This document shows, one piece after another, positions 58,983 to 64,000 of a stretch of DNA of 64,000 bases. Every line of letters begins with the position of its first letter. Within the stretch, counting starts at the first letter, position 1. Under the pieces are notes generated by a model, which was not told the origin of the DNA, ran no database searches, and saw only the letters and a list, made by a program, of their open reading frames with translations. The position numbers and the translations under genes were made by a program. The stretch is from Candidatus Babelota bacterium (GTDB lineage: Bacteria > Babelota > Babeliae > Babelales > JAUPTZ01): contig JAUPTZ010000006.1 in assembly GCA_030917815.1 (NCBI GenBank), forward strand, positions 20,403-84,402, written 5' to 3'.

Positions 58983-60002
58983 TCAATTCGCATTAGCATA
59001 TGCAACACTGCCACCATTTACATCAAACGTCGCACCCGGAAGAAATATAATATACAGTCGATCAGTATCATCGCCCAACGTAATACCCCCACTCTCACCA
59101 GATCCTTTGAGATAGCTGTGATGATCGGTAATGAGCGTACCAGTCTGCAAAACCAACGTACGTGCCGCCGATTCGAGCGTGCTACCGGTCATGCGCAGCC
59201 GAGAGCTTCGATTGGTAAACACAATATTGTCGGTCGATGCATAATTGTGCTTTAACGTAAAGCCATGATCAAGGTGCAGACAACTGTTTCCATTAATGGT
59301 AAGTGATCCGGCCGAGGTATAGGTTAACACACGACCTGGTGTACCAGTAAATGAGCAATTACCTGAAATGGTCAATGCCCCAGCGCTAAAAGTAGTATCA
59401 GATCCCCATATAACACGAACATTTTCAAGCACCAATGTGCTGTCGCTGCTCAATGAAAATGGCGCTACACTCGTAGTTAAAGAGAGTGTCATGTTCTTGA
59501 GTGTTAAGGTTTTTTCTGACGCAATCACAACGCTATTACTTCCACCAATAATGAGCGAATGTTGTTCCCCATTAATCATCAAATCATCCGCTATCGTTAA
59601 GGTTTTACTCGTCCCAGAGTAGGTAAGATCATTGGATAGAAAGATTGCTTTTCCAGCACCATAAATTGAACCGGTATTGCTTAATGTTGCATCGCTTCCC
59701 AACAACAAATCATGTACCAATACTATTGAACCACTGTTCATATCAATGGGACCGTTAATGGGTGGCACAAGATCAACGGTAAAGGTATGCCCTGCCGTAT
59801 CAATACCGGCCTGATACCAACCATATCCTTCAGAGGTAGTATCATCGGTTAATGTATACAGGCTATTCGTAACATATACCGATGAACGATAATCATTAAC
59901 CGTTGCAAAAACTGCTGGGCATCCCAAAAGAAAAACAATAATGCTTACACACAATTTACGAGAAAAAACTTCACACATACTCACCACGTTTCTACACTCC
60001 AT
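58983..60002 (-). CDS. Short subfamily-1 passenger-like protein (339 aa; the start may be the ATG at 59978)
   Basis: Hydrophobic N-terminus ...KLCVSIIVFLLGCPAVFA. It retains the shared C-terminal module (TDHHSYLKGSGESGGITLG...PGATFDVNGG). Confidence 0.8.
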   Translation of the reverse strand: MECRNVVSMCEVFSRKLCVSIIVFLLGCPAVFATVNDYRSSVYVTNSLYTLTDDTTSEGYGWYQAGIDTAGHTFTVDLVPPINGPIDMNSGSIVLVHDLLLGSDATLSNTGSIYGAGKAIFLSNDLTYSGTSKTLTIADDLMINGEQHSLIIGGSNSVVIASEKTLTLKNMTLSLTTSVAPFSLSSDSTLVLENVRVIWGSDTTFSAGALTISGNCSFTGTPGRVLTYTSAGSLTINGNSCLHLDHGFTLKHNYASTDNIVFTNRSSRLRMTGSTLESAARTLVLQTGTLITDHHSYLKGSGESGGITLGDDTDRLYIIFLPGATFDVNGGSVAYANAN

Positions 60003-60089
60003 GCATTACGCTGAATGAAACTAAGATCTTCAACAATCGGGCAGTTTATCCCACCAAATCACTGCACAAGTCAAGAAAGTAATCAGATT

Positions 60090-61643
60090 CTACCAAGAGC
60101 CGCCAATGGCAAATCTTGCAACAATTTCAATCGGCATTGATCGACCAGTAATAACCGTTTCAATTCCAGTACGAACAAGCACATGGGGGTTCGGCTCGTA
60201 GACAAAAGAAAATCCAACATTGTGCTGCACACGATACGGATCAGATACCAACGCATTGGTATACCATGATGACGGAGAGAGCCCTTGTCGTAACTCATCT
60301 GAGCCACGCATATGAAAATGATAAAATAAATCAAGCTGCATCAACGGCGATATAAATGGAGTCACCACACTGCCAACACGAAGATCAAGAGCAAACCCGG
60401 GGCGAATCCAAGCCTCTGTCGTTTGCGCTGCAAAATCGGCTATCGTTGTTTCCGGTGTAAATACATTAATCGGCGAAGCAAAGGTAACCTCTTGTCCAAA
60501 CACTTCGGTTGATGGAAGCGAAGTTACCGATGTAGCAGTCACCATACGAGGTACACGACAATTAATCGATGTAGGGAAATATGTTTGACATGATACCATC
60601 ATGTGTGGCACCCCAAGCACTGTCTTCTTACCAACAAATCCGGTACTTAATCGTCCACTCAAACACCCATTACTCGACGGAAGCAGCGGATAGAAATAGT
60701 TGTTATCAATTGTTTTTTGTCCCGGAACAATAATTTCTGCGCTTATCGTCCAGCGGTCTAAGCGCCATGGATATAAATTAAGTGTAGTGAAAAACGAGAC
60801 ATCACCCATTGAGGCATGTGATAATTTTTCGCGGTACGCCATATTTTTTTGCTCAATAATATCAACCATCATTGCAACAACTGAAATGCCATATAAATCA
60901 CGAAATAGATTATTACGAGTCGTTCCATCATCGAGCGTTTCACGAATAGAATCTCGCTCGGCTTTACTTAATTCAGGTACAATATGCAAAGAACGAAATT
61001 GCTGACGAAGCGGCACACGCACACCAAATTGAAAAGTATTTTTTGCAATACCTAAAGTGTACGCGAAAGCACATTCATGAGTTTCAATCGATGCCTGAAC
61101 AGGAATACGTGTCTTTGAAAGGTCTTGTAAGAATTCATACCCAACACCGGTTGTTGTCGTGTCAGCGGCAATCGCCAACTTGCTCGCCACGATAATATCT
61201 TGTAGTAACGGTTCTTTACCAAACCGCACTACCGAGCTATCGACTATGGCGCCGGTACTATCAAAGCCGCTCGTCACATACGAAAATGCATAATCAACAC
61301 TTGCACTATGCGCACCATAAAATCTATCGGTCGCTGTTGACCATGTTGGTACTACATATGTATGTGCGTACCGACCACGAATGGTATCACGTGCCAGACG
61401 ATCTTTTTCACGCTGCGCCCATGCACTTGCGAGCGCGTCACGAGTCAAAACACGGCTTTCCTGTTGCGCCGATGCAATTGCATCAAGAGTACGTGCTTTT
61501 TCAAACTTCTTTTCAAGATCGGCTCGAATTGAAGTACGTGTTGCACTCCGCTCTTTCACTCGTTCTGCGCGATCTTTTCCCGCAAATACCAATCCCGATG
61601 CTACCGTAAGTAAGCCAATAGCAAAAATAATTTTTTTCATCAT
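60090..61643 (-). CDS. Outer-membrane beta-barrel protein (517 aa) with an N-terminal charged helical extension, a paralog of 45076-46599
   Basis: Signal peptide MMKKIIFAIGLLTVASGLVFA and C-terminal ...FAIGGSW (terminal aromatic). The segments SGFDSTG..VRFGKEPLLQDIIVASKLA and GDVSF align with the 507-aa protein. Its start overlaps the upstream stop (TAATG). Confidence 0.8.
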   Translation of the reverse strand: MMKKIIFAIGLLTVASGLVFAGKDRAERVKERSATRTSIRADLEKKFEKARTLDAIASAQQESRVLTRDALASAWAQREKDRLARDTIRGRYAHTYVVPTWSTATDRFYGAHSASVDYAFSYVTSGFDSTGAIVDSSVVRFGKEPLLQDIIVASKLAIAADTTTTGVGYEFLQDLSKTRIPVQASIETHECAFAYTLGIAKNTFQFGVRVPLRQQFRSLHIVPELSKAERDSIRETLDDGTTRNNLFRDLYGISVVAMMVDIIEQKNMAYREKLSHASMGDVSFFTTLNLYPWRLDRWTISAEIIVPGQKTIDNNYFYPLLPSSNGCLSGRLSTGFVGKKTVLGVPHMMVSCQTYFPTSINCRVPRMVTATSVTSLPSTEVFGQEVTFASPINVFTPETTIADFAAQTTEAWIRPGFALDLRVGSVVTPFISPLMQLDLFYHFHMRGSDELRQGLSPSSWYTNALVSDPYRVQHNVGFSFVYEPNPHVLVRTGIETVITGRSMPIEIVARFAIGGSW

Positions 61644-64000
61644 TATTGTAACACTCCATCTGCGTTATACGAGAACCGACGGCCAGTTAGGGCATTATAC
61701 CCTGTTACAACACCTGCCTCAGTGTCTCCGGTTATGATTTGATTTGCATTTAACGTCACCAACACACCATTTTTAGTGCGTAACACCTTTTGATCATTCG
61801 CGTCAAAGAACACGGTCGATGCAATCAGGTTTTCATTGGCTTGCAATAACAATCGCACCAGCTCAATTGAAGTTAATCCGGCCTCAGAAAATAAATTTTC
61901 TTGCAGCTTTCCACAAAAGCTAGAGCCAACAACACCGACTAAACCGTTGCCACTCAACCGTGCACCATCAAGCAGCAAAGTAATACCATCACCATACGTA
62001 TTATCTGCCACGTTAAATAAGCCGTCTCCGGCAACATACAACTCACCGCCATTGCTAAAATCTATGGTATCTATCATCAATTGATCGGCTACGCCATGAT
62101 AAGCATTACACTCACAAACACCAGCCTGCGTAATTATAAGCCGGCCACCCTGTGAAAAATCGAGTGAGGCCGTGCACCCGGCAAATGAGAGATACGATGT
62201 CTCATCACCAATATCAAGTACTTCACCAACCCGTACCATTCCACCATTTTTTGCTCGGAGCACTACGGTATCGGACGAGGTGGCACCGTAACGAATTTCA
62301 CTGCCACGCTCAACGATCACCTGGCCACCATCTTGGCATTGCATCACGCCGTTGCCGCAGAACTCAATCGCCTGCCCTTCATTCAACAATAATTGCATCC
62401 CCTCGCTAATAAGAAAAGTACTTGTGTTGCCGACGATACGATATCCGTCAGGCAAAATAATTGAGCCAAATCCTTGGAACAGGAGGACCGAGTTAAGCCC
62501 AAATGAAATAATACTATCGGCTCCAAACGTAATAGTAACCGGTGTTGGAGAGTTACTCTGAATACAGAGCACCGCATTATCCCCAAACATAAGATTACCA
62601 TTAATAGTAAAGTCGCTCGTAATGGCGATTTTATTAGGCTTTTGCAGTGTACCGCCAACGATGTTAATAAAATCGGTATCTTTAAGCGTCGTTGGTGTTT
62701 CAAGTGCCTGCTCAACCGTCACCCCATCATAGAGCGTAAGATTCAGACTACGACTGTCCGATATCGCTAAATTGTTATACACCTTTTGGTAGATATCTTG
62801 GAGAGTGATATTACCGGCAAGCAAGGGCAGCGAAATAGCTGTTGCATAATGCACAACCGGTCGTGCCGCCTCATTGGGTAAATAAAGCCCTCTGGTAAGC
62901 AAGGGCCGTGAGTGCATTTTATACGCCGGTGTTGGATAGCGGCGCCCAAAGCGACTGCGCAACATTGCATCAAGCAACTCGTCAGATAAGATGATTGCGC
63001 CGGTATTCAACTCACTAAATAACTGTATGCCCGGATTTAACATGGCTCGCGCGCTGGTTTGTAGAATCGAATTTTGCACAATCGTGACCAAATTCCCGGC
63101 AAGAATACCATTATTCCCGATAACGAACGAATCAACACAATGATTGGTAACGCAAACCGACGGAAAATCAAACGAACAGTAGGCTGTACCAGTCGTCGAT
63201 GAAAGATCAAGTGTGCCATCCCAAAAATGAATATAGGGCGCGCCGTAGAGCGTTGTTGGCAACACAAAAGAGAAAGATAAGCCGCTAGCCATGGTATCAT
63301 CAAAGCTGATTAACCCGTCAAAGGTGTTTTGGTAAGCCCACAACAGTATACGATTATTCAACCCCTGAATCACAATATTGTGACTCACTATCGACTCGGT
63401 CGTCACGTTCAACGTGCCATCCCCACCAAGAGCAATATCACCCACAATGGTAGTACCATCAACATCGGCCGAACCCCACACAATATGGCGCAATCCACCC
63501 AGTGCAACACCACGTAGTACAAGCGTATTACTTTGTAAATCGAGATGGGTCAGATACGTATATGGTGCATGATCATTTGTTGGCGCAGAGGAGAATGTCC
63601 ACGTACGCTTTGGTCCACTACTTTTCATCTCAAACGTTTGACCGGTTCCGACTAAAACAATCTTCCCTACGCTCCATAGAACGTCTTCCGCTAGGGTGAA
63701 AATGACGTTTTCACCAATTTCAAGAACCGAATTGGTTCCCAGGGAAAAAGTAGAACTAGTCACTCCATCAAGCTCTATATTGCTGATGCGGACTGTTTTT
63801 CCATCAGCAATGGTAAATTGCGGCGTTCCCGGGTTGGCAAACTGAATCTTCGATCCGGTTCCATCTACAACGGTATGATCAGTAAAATCAATGCTATCGC
63901 TGGGCGACAACACGGCACTTTCATCCAACGTTGAAGCCGAGCCACTATAGCCGCCGGCTACCAGCACTTGACTCACCTCAGCAACCACGCCACCATTCAC
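61643..64000 (-). CDS. Large passenger-like repeat protein, subfamily 2, 5' end outside the window (>785 aa), no barrel domain
   Basis: The frame is open to the window edge. Gly/Thr/Ser/Asn/Val-rich repeats. The TAA stop shares its last A with the ATG of the barrel gene. Confidence 0.85.
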   Translation of the reverse strand: MNGGVVAEVSQVLVAGGYSGSASTLDESAVLSPSDSIDFTDHTVVDGTGSKIQFANPGTPQFTIADGKTVRISNIELDGVTSSTFSLGTNSVLEIGENVIFTLAEDVLWSVGKIVLVGTGQTFEMKSSGPKRTWTFSSAPTNDHAPYTYLTHLDLQSNTLVLRGVALGGLRHIVWGSADVDGTTIVGDIALGGDGTLNVTTESIVSHNIVIQGLNNRILLWAYQNTFDGLISFDDTMASGLSFSFVLPTTLYGAPYIHFWDGTLDLSSTTGTAYCSFDFPSVCVTNHCVDSFVIGNNGILAGNLVTIVQNSILQTSARAMLNPGIQLFSELNTGAIILSDELLDAMLRSRFGRRYPTPAYKMHSRPLLTRGLYLPNEAARPVVHYATAISLPLLAGNITLQDIYQKVYNNLAISDSRSLNLTLYDGVTVEQALETPTTLKDTDFINIVGGTLQKPNKIAITSDFTINGNLMFGDNAVLCIQSNSPTPVTITFGADSIISFGLNSVLLFQGFGSIILPDGYRIVGNTSTFLISEGMQLLLNEGQAIEFCGNGVMQCQDGGQVIVERGSEIRYGATSSDTVVLRAKNGGMVRVGEVLDIGDETSYLSFAGCTASLDFSQGGRLIITQAGVCECNAYHGVADQLMIDTIDFSNGGELYVAGDGLFNVADNTYGDGITLLLDGARLSGNGLVGVVGSSFCGKLQENLFSEAGLTSIELVRLLLQANENLIASTVFFDANDQKVLRTKNGVLVTLNANQIITGDTEAGVVTGYNALTGRRFSYNADGVLQ

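Noticed and set aside
45076-64000. Classical two-partner secretion (TpsA/TpsB), classical autotransporters or T9SS cargo as an explanation for the repeat-protein array
   Set aside because: I could see no N-terminal TPS domain motifs in the repeat proteins and no POTRA-like repeats at the N-termini of the barrels. The passengers have no C-terminal barrel. The shared C-terminal module does not resemble the T9SS CTD pattern as far as I can judge by eye, and no T9SS genes are present. The locus is therefore reported as unassigned and not forced into a known class.

Overview
This 64-kb window comes from a diderm (Gram-negative type) bacterium that I cannot place taxonomically from sequence alone. 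Only a small part is recognisable core: a polar amino-acid ABC transporter (14386-16538), an S41 C-terminal processing protease (12906-14339), mutS (33069-35534), uvrA (42159-44711) and a tRNA-His/Pro/Arg cluster (17018-17312, minus strand). Nearly everything else is lineage-specific genes for Sec-signal-bearing or membrane-anchored proteins with no family I can name. They fall into four blocks. (1) A plus-strand operon (2314-14339) encodes giant paralogous secreted proteins and ends in the S41 protease. (2) A run of five monocistronic exported-protein genes lies at 17402-24496. Four of them have an own hairpin terminator and four an own promoter candidate (three near-consensus, one weak). (3) A block at 24646-33044 contains a eukaryote-type cPLA2-like lipase and a tandem duplicated coiled-coil gene pair. 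One copy of that pair is broken at a poly-A tract. (4) The most striking block is a roughly 19-kb minus-strand array (45076-64000). It holds seven barrel-less, Pmp/autotransporter-passenger-like repeat proteins plus two homologous beta-barrel outer-membrane proteins of about 500 aa. One barrel gene is translationally coupled (TAATG) to the passenger-like gene upstream. I rank this as the best candidate for an undescribed surface-display or secretion system. A REP-like family of about 50-bp double hairpins (CTGGATYGCCAC...CGCRAWGAC) occurs only in intergenic DNA and clusters around the GIY-YIG nuclease genes, one intact and one truncated. I saw no CRISPR array, rRNA, transposase, integrase or phage genes. 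All functional calls come from by-eye motif recognition, and no database search was run.
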